DNA from: a virus
Direction: 5' to 3' (one strand)
Virus record (IMG/VR): IMGVR_UViG_3300020477_000014
Span: 125,713 to 189,712 of that record
DNA: 64,000 nt
In this document: positions 48,501 through 56,264 of the stretch, one piece after another
How positions within the stretch are numbered: the stretch's first letter is position 1
Layout of the letters: every line of letters begins with the position of its first letter
Notes under the pieces: model-generated
The model's database searches: none
What the model was told of the DNA's origin: nothing
What the model saw: only the letters and a program-made list of their open reading frames with translations
Position numbers and translations under genes: made by a program

Positions 48501-49019
48501 ATGCGCAAAATTAAAGGATTGCGGGTCTTGCGAATAGCACAACAAGCACAACGGCTGGGCGCCCCCTCCTTAAGGGAGTCTTCTGTTCTTCAAGAATTTA
48601 CAGATGGCAGCGCAAGTGGATTCGGGGGAGTAGCTAGTAATTTGGCCGCACAACGTGATGTTCCTTTGAATGTGATGCCTACTCCGCGCCCGTCTTTAAA
48701 AGACATCATTGATGACTGGGTAGACGGCGGAGTACAAATGTATGATGCCCCTGTGGACAGCACGGATATGCGATATAGCGTAATGATGCCGGTTGAGGAA
48801 TTGATGCCTTTGGTTGGTGCAAGCTACAGAGGAACCCCAACAGATTTTAAAGGGCGTTATCAACATTTTATTGCCAACGGACCCGATGCGCCTGTGTATG
48901 TGGCGATAGGAAAAAATGGGAGAGCAAAGATTAGCGGCAATGAAGACATTGTACTATTTGCGAAAGAGGCGGGACTAGAAGAGGTGCCAATTTTTTTAAG
49001 TTATCAGCGACAAGTGTAG
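45579..49019 (+). CDS. Large multidomain protein (PcfJ-like domain; C-terminal degenerate ParB-like domain)
   Basis: EGERMGHCG...YSLR...YQIKGRDNNAP; terminal PVYVAIG...ISGNED...AKEAGLEEVPI. Confidence 0.6.
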   Translation: MDKATNHWFKRLNEDRYDVLNEAQLEDFGLPDIIVKRIRASMHDAGNKAQIWLGNQWKEQVAHDSIREKAVFEVIDHWVDDFISELPVEKRSEGNPDFKKAKFIIQNIKGAMTSTQPGSNGRIGKALRKADKAIRKNPLFKEVFGDELDTKADDFMDTVRLKALKHNWNQFFALNNDLINFLKQDPTNYEYFKDKDIGDEVTIEVYDRETRSEEEVNFLDANSYAEYLLSNVEFPDRIIKHFDDGFYWYDLKTNKCSVEGERMGHCGADDRGTLYSLRYKKKGKKWSSSMVTVSADDDTIYQIKGRDNNAPDEDTWKHIAWFIDNMDIEYVKESGEHSDDHAGISEMIEYLRGDTEATFEGSLEDRADALQEELEEITRSYNNAFENDVWIQASEVTVEDDYMYYYADGGVEFNIPLGWKDVAHAGNTWFPNNEEERDKYYQIPEHWPRTEESRAFETGLDEAFGFTPEETEWEVSDDAILTVKFRFSCDDCGSDDSDPYDSWAYWVQTDVDEKYEEIKKKMHRWLADEEYTAPREWPKTIKKLAQFAQTLENFYADLDPENEEDDLDESDHIRFWLSEGGTRQDTTIETDIVIPPDYFSKLGIQNGSIAQSRATAKIFGGRPDAGSIPPSPKFQQDIQAATQKLEQAAQKAADRQLVLPGMPSHFYRREYKSTQFAESSMVRITADLIRRETEPSAGFYPMRLGYRYTIDFEEATTPEQIKGAMAFMEYMDRDNNVEHLKKAIEETMRDWVQDAIGVADMDYKSSISSRSAKELISRIIDTYTARLPNDRTTRSQERINLARWADENFEKMNDVEKRVLITQYLTPVAVTGAGVNFEPEEGDEFPANWVPRVRSELERLGHPSPRDYKADMYQESVEEQIERLDRLLNEEDPNYDLRMYKIRVTCSVDKDIGGTDLETEHEIRGVWGVTTVEPDAKTKRKITPSAIALVYSIKFKLHGQENRQSYVNKVLIPGMRKIKGLRVLRIAQQAQRLGAPSLRESSVLQEFTDGSASGFGGVASNLAAQRDVPLNVMPTPRPSLKDIIDDWVDGGVQMYDAPVDSTDMRYSVMMPVEELMPLVGASYRGTPTDFKGRYQHFIANGPDAPVYVAIGKNGRAKISGNEDIVLFAKEAGLEEVPIFLSYQRQV

Positions 49020-49023
49020 GGAA

Positions 49024-49893
49024 ATGAGGAATTTTTGGAAGGTATTATTGCGCATGACGGGGCTAATTTTGGTTGGTTGTGTTGTGGCGATCGCGACCAT
49101 CCACTCTGTCACCAAAAGTTATGAAATACCACGGAGAGAAGAAATCCGCAATATCGACAATATAAATAGATCTTTGTCAACATCTCACCAGCGCGCTATA
49201 AATAGATCGCGAAAGAGTTCGGTAAGGGTGATGTCGGTATCTCCGAGTCTCGGTGGTGTTTCCACGTCTTCAGGTACTTATATTTCTTTCCGCGGCGAGT
49301 ATTATATTTTAACAGTAGCTCATGGTTTAATTGGCGGATGCGAAGGAACTGCGGTAGTAACTCCTAAAGGCACCTATCACTGCAAGTACATTGTCGAAAG
49401 AAATAATTTAATTGATTATAGCATTTTGGCTGTAGATCCTATTCCCGAACTTAAAGCTATTCCTGTTCCACAGTTTCTACCCAGAGGCGACCAATGGAAA
49501 AAAGATTTTTCCATCATGACCCCCACTTACTATACAGGATTTCCTAACGGAATGGGACCATTCACTATTGATGGCAAGGTGGTGGGATATAATGAAAATG
49601 ACTTTCTTTATATAAAGTCCTACGGCTGGGCGGGATGTTCGGGCGCTGGAGTGTTTAGTGAAAGTGGACACTTGGTGGCGTATATTTTGGCATTGACTGT
49701 AGGGCAGACCGAATATGGCTATAATGTCGCAGAGGATATCGTAATTGGAGTACCACTTTTTAAGGTAAATTGGCTTTCAATTATAGAAAACAAAAAACAG
49801 GAGACAAGAAAAGATGAAGAAAAAGAACAATCCACTGAATCCGGACTACCGGACAGTTCTAGCACAGATTCAGGCGTTGGATCTACAGATTGA
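49024..49893 (+). CDS. Membrane-anchored trypsin-like (S1) serine protease
   Basis: N-terminal TM; triad TVAHG, IDYSIL, GCSGAG. Confidence 0.8.
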   Translation: MRNFWKVLLRMTGLILVGCVVAIATIHSVTKSYEIPRREEIRNIDNINRSLSTSHQRAINRSRKSSVRVMSVSPSLGGVSTSSGTYISFRGEYYILTVAHGLIGGCEGTAVVTPKGTYHCKYIVERNNLIDYSILAVDPIPELKAIPVPQFLPRGDQWKKDFSIMTPTYYTGFPNGMGPFTIDGKVVGYNENDFLYIKSYGWAGCSGAGVFSESGHLVAYILALTVGQTEYGYNVAEDIVIGVPLFKVNWLSIIENKKQETRKDEEKEQSTESGLPDSSSTDSGVGSTD

Positions 49894-50071
49894 TAATCTT
49901 TCAACTCAGATTCAACAAATCAAGAAAGGGTTTGAGACCTCTTCCCCCAATGAAGAGGTGACAGAAGAGGTCTGCCTGGACGAGATTGAAGCCAACAAAG
50001 CCGCACTAGAGGCTATGAGGACCTTTTGTTTGGAGGCTATGTTGGATGTTGACCCCCAAGGAGAGGCATGA
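49814..50071 (+). CDS. Hypothetical coiled-coil protein
   Basis: Coupled ORF. Confidence 0.5.
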   Translation: MKKKNNPLNPDYRTVLAQIQALDLQIDNLSTQIQQIKKGFETSSPNEEVTEEVCLDEIEANKAALEAMRTFCLEAMLDVDPQGEA

Positions 50072-50418
50072 TGTCTGAAGACACAAAAGAAAATGAACCA
50101 TTACTTACTGAGCCGGAAGATCTTAAGCCTAAAAAGCCGAGCAACCGCGCACCAGAAGGTATAAGAAGTTTCACAGTGTGCCGTCAGCATGATGAGTCGG
50201 GCATTTCCGGAGAAGGGGTAGTTATAGAAGGTGTGATGTTCGCCACTGGACATACCGTTATCCATTGGTTAACGCCGGCACCACGTGGGAGCATAGCGTT
50301 TTTTGATGCTTTTGATGACTTTATGAAGATTCATGTCACATCCCATCCTTCTAATAACACAATTTTAACCTTTGATGATGGCGAGCAGACTATATATGAA
50401 GGAGGGGGCAAGATATGA
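50068..50418 (+). CDS. Conserved-looking phage hypothetical protein
   Basis: R..DESGISGEGVVIEGV.F..G...IHWL pattern, recalled from phage hypotheticals. Confidence 0.6.
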   Translation: MMSEDTKENEPLLTEPEDLKPKKPSNRAPEGIRSFTVCRQHDESGISGEGVVIEGVMFATGHTVIHWLTPAPRGSIAFFDAFDDFMKIHVTSHPSNNTILTFDDGEQTIYEGGGKI

Positions 50419-51347
50419 AGAAAGATACGACACCGCTGCGTTCATGGTGGGAGTTTTTAACGGAGGCACCTAAACCTACTCGCAAGAGTGGCAGAGGATT
50501 AGAAAGATCTCTGCATTGGTTTTTGGATACAGGCCCCCAAAAAAAGGGAGGTTATCAAAACCGACGCGCGCGTTTTGGTAAAAAGAAATCCAAGAACATT
50601 TCTCCACCCGCGGGCGCCCCCGGGGGCTTGGAAGAAGAAGTAGATCCGGAATCTTTTAAGATACAAGATGGCTTAGAACCCAATATTTGGGCTGACGATC
50701 AAAACGTCCACCCTCACGTACGCGACCGTCTTTTAACTATAGCGTCGGATTTTTTAGATTCTTTGGATGTCCCAGTCGAAATGGTAGATATCACTTTCAC
50801 TGGTTCATTGGCAAACTATAATTGGTCAGACTATTCGGACATAGATCTTCATATTGTGGTAGATTTTGATAGGATGGATTCGAATTCTAAACTGGTTAAA
50901 AAGTTTTTTGATGCATCGCGCTTAAGGTGGAACGATAAGCATGCTATTAACCTATACGGTTACGAGGTGGAAATTTATGTGGAGAATGTAAACGAAGAAC
51001 ACCATTCGACGGGAGTATATTCGCTGCTGCGCGAAGAGTGGCTTAAAGAGCCTGATCCCACCCAGCTTACAAATGCGTGGACCGCGCTAGCTCGTAAAAA
51101 AAGTGATGATATGTTAAGCCAAATTAATCTTATTCAGCACATTGTGAAGAAAAAACCAAAAGCAGCAATTCGCAGTATTGAGCGCTTAAAATCAAAAATT
51201 AGCGTTATGCGCCAGAAAGGACTGAAGAGCCACGAAGGGGAGTCCTCGGTAGGAAATGTGGTTTTTAAGATCCTCCGACGAGAGGGAGCACTGGATCAGT
51301 TGAGCAACCTCAAAACCCAGGCTTACGATAGCGCATTTAGTTTATGA
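50415..51347 (+). CDS. Pol-beta superfamily nucleotidyltransferase
   Basis: TGSLANYNWSDYSDIDLHI (hG[GS]x9-13DhDh) and YEVEIY third acidic residue. Confidence 0.8.
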   Translation: MKKDTTPLRSWWEFLTEAPKPTRKSGRGLERSLHWFLDTGPQKKGGYQNRRARFGKKKSKNISPPAGAPGGLEEEVDPESFKIQDGLEPNIWADDQNVHPHVRDRLLTIASDFLDSLDVPVEMVDITFTGSLANYNWSDYSDIDLHIVVDFDRMDSNSKLVKKFFDASRLRWNDKHAINLYGYEVEIYVENVNEEHHSTGVYSLLREEWLKEPDPTQLTNAWTALARKKSDDMLSQINLIQHIVKKKPKAAIRSIERLKSKISVMRQKGLKSHEGESSVGNVVFKILRREGALDQLSNLKTQAYDSAFSL

Positions 51348-51356
51348 GGGAAAGGG

Positions 51357-51596
51357 ATGGAATTCTACGACATTAACAAAGATGCTAAAGTGTACCCTGG
51401 AGAATATTTGTTGTACACTCCAAAGAATACAATTGTGGTGTGCGGCGCTTATCTTAGTGACGCTCAAAAAATCAAGGCTCTTTCTGATGGGCGATTAATT
51501 GAGGACAGTGTTCAGAATTTTCGGAAAATTCGCTTGAATAAAGAGGACCGTAGAAAATCTCGACAAACGCGGTGCAAGGGGTGTTCGCAACAATGA
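51357..51596 (+). CDS. Hypothetical protein
   Basis: RBS and coupling. Confidence 0.55.
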   Translation: MEFYDINKDAKVYPGEYLLYTPKNTIVVCGAYLSDAQKIKALSDGRLIEDSVQNFRKIRLNKEDRRKSRQTRCKGCSQQ

Positions 51597-51826
51597 ACCG
51601 TATCGAATCGGTTTGTTTCATGTGCACATTGCAACTTAAACAGTTGGAAGAAAGAGAAAAAAGATTATTATTAGAGATTGAGGACGGAAGAGTTCAAATG
51701 GCTTATATACGATTGCTTATGGATGAGATAAGGAAAATCAATGTATTAAACTATTTGGATGTAGATAAAACGTTTTATGATGTAACAGGAAAGAAATATG
51801 AAAAAGGCAAAGATAAAGCTGAGTAG
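51593..51826 (+). CDS. Hypothetical protein
   Basis: ATGA overlap with the upstream gene. Confidence 0.5.
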   Translation: MNRIESVCFMCTLQLKQLEEREKRLLLEIEDGRVQMAYIRLLMDEIRKINVLNYLDVDKTFYDVTGKKYEKGKDKAE

Positions 51827-52076
51827 TTATGATGTAGATGGACCGTTCTTGGAAGCCCGTGAGCGCATATGGGACTTTAAAGAGGGAATAATATTTACAG
51901 GAATGATTCAAGATACAGTGGCGGCCCTCCGGCAGTCCGAAGAAGAATATGAATTGGCAATTCTCATGGACGATCCCGAATTAGCCTTAGAGAAAAGAAG
52001 AGAAATAGAGGCACTTTCCAAGTCTTTGGTGTTCGCGGCAAAACTATTAGAAGAAGAAAATGGAATAGATGCATGA
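51798..52076 (+). CDS. Hypothetical protein
   Basis: Coupled ORF. Confidence 0.55.
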   Translation: MKKAKIKLSSYDVDGPFLEARERIWDFKEGIIFTGMIQDTVAALRQSEEEYELAILMDDPELALEKRREIEALSKSLVFAAKLLEEENGIDA

Positions 52077-52336
52077 CCAAAATTTATATCTATTGCTTGT
52101 TTGATACGTTTGATAGATTTTTGGGAGTGTATTCATCTCTCAAGGCAGTACATCGGGATGCACTGCGCTATTGCAATACAGGAAACTCGCGAGTTTTTAT
52201 GATTCAAAATAACACTGCCAACATCCCTTCGTTGGTTTTATTACGTAATACTTTCAAGGGCACATGCGACGTTGAAGTGGAATATCGCACCGACACCGCT
52301 TCGGTTCGTATTTTCAAAACAAAAATACGAGAATGA
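52073..52336 (+). CDS. Hypothetical protein
   Basis: ATGA overlap; IYIYCLFD...LGVYSS. Confidence 0.55.
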   Translation: MTKIYIYCLFDTFDRFLGVYSSLKAVHRDALRYCNTGNSRVFMIQNNTANIPSLVLLRNTFKGTCDVEVEYRTDTASVRIFKTKIRE

Positions 52337-52369
52337 GTTGCGCCTGATAGATGTGCTCTATTTACTATT

Positions 52370-52621
52370 ATGGTATGGTATGGAGTGGAATGCGGCGATC
52401 TTGTTAGGTGGATATCAGATTGGCACATATATGCAGTCGATAGCTTGGGGGATGTGCATGGCGAACGCCCCATGTATTCATATGGAGTGGTATTAGAGAA
52501 TTACGACAAGGTGGGGCTGATTTTGGTTTATTGTCACAGCACCAAGCGCCGCACTATATTGAATTTAGATATGTTGGATTGCGAAGTGATCAGTCGTGTT
52601 CAAAAAAAGATTGACATATGA
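52370..52621 (+). CDS. SH3/KOW-like small protein
   Basis: ECGDLVRW...YGVVL...CEVIS; start position uncertain. Confidence 0.55.
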   Translation: MVWYGVECGDLVRWISDWHIYAVDSLGDVHGERPMYSYGVVLENYDKVGLILVYCHSTKRRTILNLDMLDCEVISRVQKKIDI

Positions 52622-52639
52622 AGAAATAGGTGTTATAAT
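52611..52639 (+). promoter_or_regulatory. Sigma70-type promoter
   Basis: TTGACA-17-TATAAT. Confidence 0.8.
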
Positions 52640-52658
52640 ATAATATACAGGAGAATAA

Positions 52659-53024
52659 ATGTCAAAAGTTAAAGTCGGCGACTTGGTATGTTTGTATAGG
52701 CGTAAAAAAGAAGGATTAGGATTAGTACTCAAGAAGGAGGCAGACTTAGCCTCTATGGGGGGGTTTGAACCCGAGTTGTTGTATCGACCGCCCCCCGCCT
52801 CTAAGCATATTAATTGGTGGTATGCTATTGAAGAGGCTATTCGAGATGCAATTGATCCAAAAGCCGCGCAAGCCTATGTGAGTTATAATCATTACGGCAA
52901 GAAGAAGAATCTGAAAAAGAAATTTGTGTACGTTAAGTGGATCAAGAAGCCTTCTGATTATCACGCAGAGAAAATGCATGAAGATGAGCAATGGATCCCT
53001 GTCGATTGGGTTAAATCGGTATAG
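52659..53024 (+). CDS. SH3/KOW-like protein with insertion
   Basis: KVKVGDLVCL...GLGLVL...VYVKW...W.PVDWVKSV. Confidence 0.65.
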   Translation: MSKVKVGDLVCLYRRKKEGLGLVLKKEADLASMGGFEPELLYRPPPASKHINWWYAIEEAIRDAIDPKAAQAYVSYNHYGKKKNLKKKFVYVKWIKKPSDYHAEKMHEDEQWIPVDWVKSV

Positions 53025-53076
53025 TTGATACTTTATTTCAGCGAGTGAGATAGTTATGGTAATATGGTATTCTATA

Positions 53077-53727
53077 ATGGACAAGCTACTTACCCAGATT
53101 GAAGAAACGTTACGCCGCTCCGTTTGTACGGGGTGGGATAGATCCTTTTTGGAATCCATTCATCATCAATTAGAAAAAGGCAAGGTTCTAACTGCCAAAC
53201 AAAAGAGTGTGCTTGGAAGAGTGTTGTCTCAAAACACAGAAGTGGACGAAAAACACATGGAAGGGTGGAAGGAAGAGTATTATTCCAAACACGCATCCGA
53301 AGCCATGATTGCTGCCTATTACCACCTTCAACATCCCTATTATCAATGTCAAGCTGAAGATATATTGAATGGGCGCGTACCCCGCCGCAAGCATTTCATT
53401 AAGATGATGAACAACAAACACACTCAAAAGGTTTTAAGAGAATCCAAAAAACACCCTCGTTTCAAGGCGGGAACCTATGTGCGCGCCAAGACTAATTTTG
53501 ATCGCACACACATGTCATTTTCCACATGGAAGGATCCCCAGGAGAAGTTTTTAGATTGGGATGTAAAACGCCGCGCTTTTTTAGACTTTGGAAAAAAAGG
53601 TGGGCTAATTATAGGGATCGACCAAGAGATTCATTCGGCAGCCAAGGGGGCAAAGCGATATAAAATCTTGGCTATTGGCTGTGCATTGCCGTTTTATGTG
53701 GAAGAACGGTTCTTAAAGTATGGGTAG
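53077..53727 (+). CDS. Hypothetical protein with C-terminal SH3-like segment
   Basis: WDRSFLESI N-terminal helical domain; RFKAGTYVR...GLIIG...YKIL...VEERFLK. Confidence 0.6.
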   Translation: MDKLLTQIEETLRRSVCTGWDRSFLESIHHQLEKGKVLTAKQKSVLGRVLSQNTEVDEKHMEGWKEEYYSKHASEAMIAAYYHLQHPYYQCQAEDILNGRVPRRKHFIKMMNNKHTQKVLRESKKHPRFKAGTYVRAKTNFDRTHMSFSTWKDPQEKFLDWDVKRRAFLDFGKKGGLIIGIDQEIHSAAKGAKRYKILAIGCALPFYVEERFLKYG

Positions 53728-53742
53728 TGCTATAGTTACCAT

Positions 53743-53976
53743 GTGGAAGGCGCACATGATACGAAATTTAAGGTAGGTGATTTAGTTCGAGGTTTTTATG
53801 ATTTCGAGATTACATATTGTTTTGACGAGAGTGACCCGATGCGTCTTTTTTATGGAGTAATTATGGCTCACGGTGAGTCTAATATATTTTTTCCTTATGG
53901 AAATTATTTTTATCAGGTTTTATGTACGGATGGAACAATTAGATTTTTTACTGAATGGGAACTCAAAAAAGTTTAA
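53743..53976 (+). CDS. SH3/KOW-like small protein
   Basis: FKVGDLVRG...YGVIM...YQVL...WELKKV. Confidence 0.65.
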   Translation: MEGAHDTKFKVGDLVRGFYDFEITYCFDESDPMRLFYGVIMAHGESNIFFPYGNYFYQVLCTDGTIRFFTEWELKKV

Positions 53977-53984
53977 GAAAGTAG

Positions 53985-54013
53985 TTGACATTCATCAGCA
54001 TATAGGTTATATT
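53985..54013 (+). promoter_or_regulatory. Sigma70-type promoter for tRNA-Leu
   Basis: TTGACA-17-TATATT. Confidence 0.75.
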
Positions 54014-54023
54014 ATATAGGAAG

Positions 54024-54108
54024 GGGAGTGTGGTGGAATTCGGCAGACACATCGGACTTAAAATCCGTGGCTTTTTTAAGCGTGAGGGTTCAAATCCCTC
54101 CATTCCCA
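54024..54108 (+). tRNA. tRNA-Leu (TAA), CCA not encoded
   Basis: Acceptor GGGAGTG/CATTCCC; anticodon arm TCGGA-CTTAAAA-TCCGT; long variable arm; T-arm GAGGG-TTCAAAT-CCCTC. Confidence 0.92.
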
Positions 54109-54146
54109 TTAATTCATCTTCATCAACAACCAAGGAGCAAGAAGAT

Positions 54147-54329
54147 ATGAGCACAATCAAACAAGTTAACAACGAGGTGAAGGAGCTACGGAAGACCGTT
54201 AGCACCATGAGTAGCCGCATCAATCAATTGGTCGACGAGATTCACATTTTGCGAAGTGAAGTAAACCGTTTCAAATCCGATGTGGCCGGCGACATCACCA
54301 GTCTTGAGAACATGCACAAAGGGCGTTAG
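54147..54329 (+). CDS. Small coiled-coil protein
   Basis: RBS AAGGAG; heptad pattern. Confidence 0.55.
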   Translation: MSTIKQVNNEVKELRKTVSTMSSRINQLVDEIHILRSEVNRFKSDVAGDITSLENMHKGR

Positions 54330-54799
54330 TGATGGACGTTGCCCGAACCTTGCAGCATTTAGAGCTTGCAGAAGATACGATGGTGTCCCTGAGTTGTGAA
54401 GATCATGGAGAGGTTTTTCACTACATGGACGATTATCGGGAGGACGTGTTAGCCAACACAGACATTGTGAGACAAGTAGCCGAATTGCTGGCTAATTTTG
54501 GAGAGCAGGTTTATTCGTATGGATCCAGCCTTTTGGGTCAATTACGAGAGGGTGGATACTTGGAAGAGTACGAGCGCGATGAGACATTCGCTGACTATTT
54601 AGAAGAGATCCTAAATGAACATTATCACGAAATTGAGTGCTTTGAGTTTACAACTACCAAGTATGATCACAAACGCGGGAGATGCACTATAGAAGCATCG
54701 GTGGAGTTGCCCATTCACAGCTTGTTAGCCCAACCAAGAGCTTTTGACGGGTGGAAAGCTTCTGTCCGAACGCCACATGGAGTTTTGATGATCGGATAG
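54329..54799 (+). CDS. Hypothetical acidic protein
   Basis: Coupled ORF. Confidence 0.6.
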   Translation: MMDVARTLQHLELAEDTMVSLSCEDHGEVFHYMDDYREDVLANTDIVRQVAELLANFGEQVYSYGSSLLGQLREGGYLEEYERDETFADYLEEILNEHYHEIECFEFTTTKYDHKRGRCTIEASVELPIHSLLAQPRAFDGWKASVRTPHGVLMIG

Positions 54800-54805
54800 G
54801 GCATT

Positions 54806-54881
54806 GCGGGTGTAGCTCAGTTGGTAGAGCATCACGTTGCCAACGTGAATGTCGTGGGTTCGAGTCCCATCACCCGCTCCA
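54806..54881 (+). tRNA. tRNA-Gly (GCC)
   Basis: Acceptor GCGGGTG/CACCCGC, discriminator T plus CCA; anticodon arm TCACG-TTGCCAA-CGTGA; T-loop TTCGAGT. Confidence 0.95.
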
Positions 54882-54884
54882 TCA

Positions 54885-55463
54885 TTATTCAATAGTACAT
54901 TGGACAACCTGGCTTTTCTTTTTCTGTTTGCGATCGCCTAATAAGAAATTGATTGGTTGGGTTGATTCGTTTTGGAGTCCCTTATCGTGGCTTCCAATCT
55001 TGTCCGTATAATTGTGCATCATATGACCGGGGCATTTAATATGTTTATAGCCCAACGCATGACCTATTTCGTGTTCTAATATGTGAGGCTGAAGAAGATG
55101 ATCTTTACGAACGGTAACCACCGATCCAATCACGCTGTCGCCCATCGTCTTGGTCATCGTTTCCCCAAAGGTTCGCGGATCATAAAAGGACTCTTCCTTG
55201 ATCACGATGGAGAATATCATTTCATTCCCGAGGCACCACGGAGTAGTGTCTCCATACTTTACAACGCCAAATTCGTGTCCTAAGCCACGCCAGAAGTTTA
55301 GCGCTATCTCTACCCTCCGCCAATCTTTGACGCTCTTGGAGCAGATCCTCACGATTGGTGGAGCCTTCCAACTGGCTGTCTGCTTCGGTCGTGGGCACAA
55401 CGCATCGGTCGGACCCGACTTTGGACAAGATAGCAATGAGAGTACGCATAATAAAAACCACAT
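54885..55463 (-). CDS. Metzincin (matrixin-like) metalloprotease, putative lipoprotein
   Basis: Start MWFLLCVLSLLSC (lipobox-like); HEIGHALGYKH zinc motif; Met-turn HMM. Confidence 0.8.
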   Translation of the reverse strand: MWFLLCVLSLLSCPKSGPTDALCPRPKQTASWKAPPIVRICSKSVKDWRRVEIALNFWRGLGHEFGVVKYGDTTPWCLGNEMIFSIVIKEESFYDPRTFGETMTKTMGDSVIGSVVTVRKDHLLQPHILEHEIGHALGYKHIKCPGHMMHNYTDKIGSHDKGLQNESTQPINFLLGDRKQKKKSQVVQCTIE

Positions 55464-55498
55464 TCTATAACTAAGTATAAACTTTTTCAGAAAAATAC

Positions 55499-55527
55499 TT
55501 GACAGGTAGATTGGGATGTGATATATT
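55499..55527 (+). promoter_or_regulatory. Sigma70-type promoter
   Basis: TTGACA-17-TATATT. Confidence 0.7.
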
Positions 55528-55545
55528 ATATACAGGAGGTAAGTT

Positions 55546-55929
55546 ATGGAAAAATATACAGCAGACGATAACAGATTAATGCAACTCAACACTGAGGACA
55601 CCGCCGAACTTAATATATGTGCGGATATTTATAGTTATATGTGCGGTATTCAAGATGTGGATGTGGAATTAAATGAATTGGTGAGAATGGCCAGCCTGGG
55701 CGAACACCGGACACTGTTTAATGATTTGCACAAATGGTGTGATCAACATTCGACTTACACTAATCATACTATTTCAAGAATTGCTGAGTATATCCAAGGA
55801 TGCTTCACCGAGAACGCTCCTGTAGATGGTGCCATCCTGGCAGCTTATAAAAACACCATTGAAAGAGATAGTGTGTTAGACGAGTTAGATGCCATAATTG
55901 TTCGGCTGCGCGAGGAAGTGAGGGTTTAA
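55546..55929 (+). CDS. Hypothetical protein
   Basis: Strong RBS AGGAGGT. Confidence 0.65.
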   Translation: MEKYTADDNRLMQLNTEDTAELNICADIYSYMCGIQDVDVELNELVRMASLGEHRTLFNDLHKWCDQHSTYTNHTISRIAEYIQGCFTENAPVDGAILAAYKNTIERDSVLDELDAIIVRLREEVRV

Positions 55930-56255
55930 TGACACAGAAAAAGAAAGACAACAAAGAAGGTGCGGGCGTTGGACTTAAAGATCGAGAAAAGAACAAGATC
56001 CAACGCCCCCGAAAGTTCAAGGTCGTGTTTATGAACGACGACTATACGCCCATGGACTTTGTGGCGGCGTTGTTGATGGAAGTCTTTCATAAGTCTGTGG
56101 ATGATGCGAAGACCATCACCATGAACGTCCACGAACAGGGGAAGGGTATCGCTGGCGTGTACTCCCGCGAGATAGCGGAGACAAAGGCGATCAAAAGTGT
56201 AAAAATAGCCCGTAACCACGGGCATCCATTACTAATACAAGCAGAACCAGAATAG
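55929..56255 (+). CDS. clpS: ClpS N-degron adaptor
   Basis: FKVVFMNDDYTPMDFV, TMNVHEQGKGIAGVYSREIAETK, GHPL. Confidence 0.93.
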   Translation: MTQKKKDNKEGAGVGLKDREKNKIQRPRKFKVVFMNDDYTPMDFVAALLMEVFHKSVDDAKTITMNVHEQGKGIAGVYSREIAETKAIKSVKIARNHGHPLLIQAEPE

Positions 56256-56264
56256 GAGTCGCCA

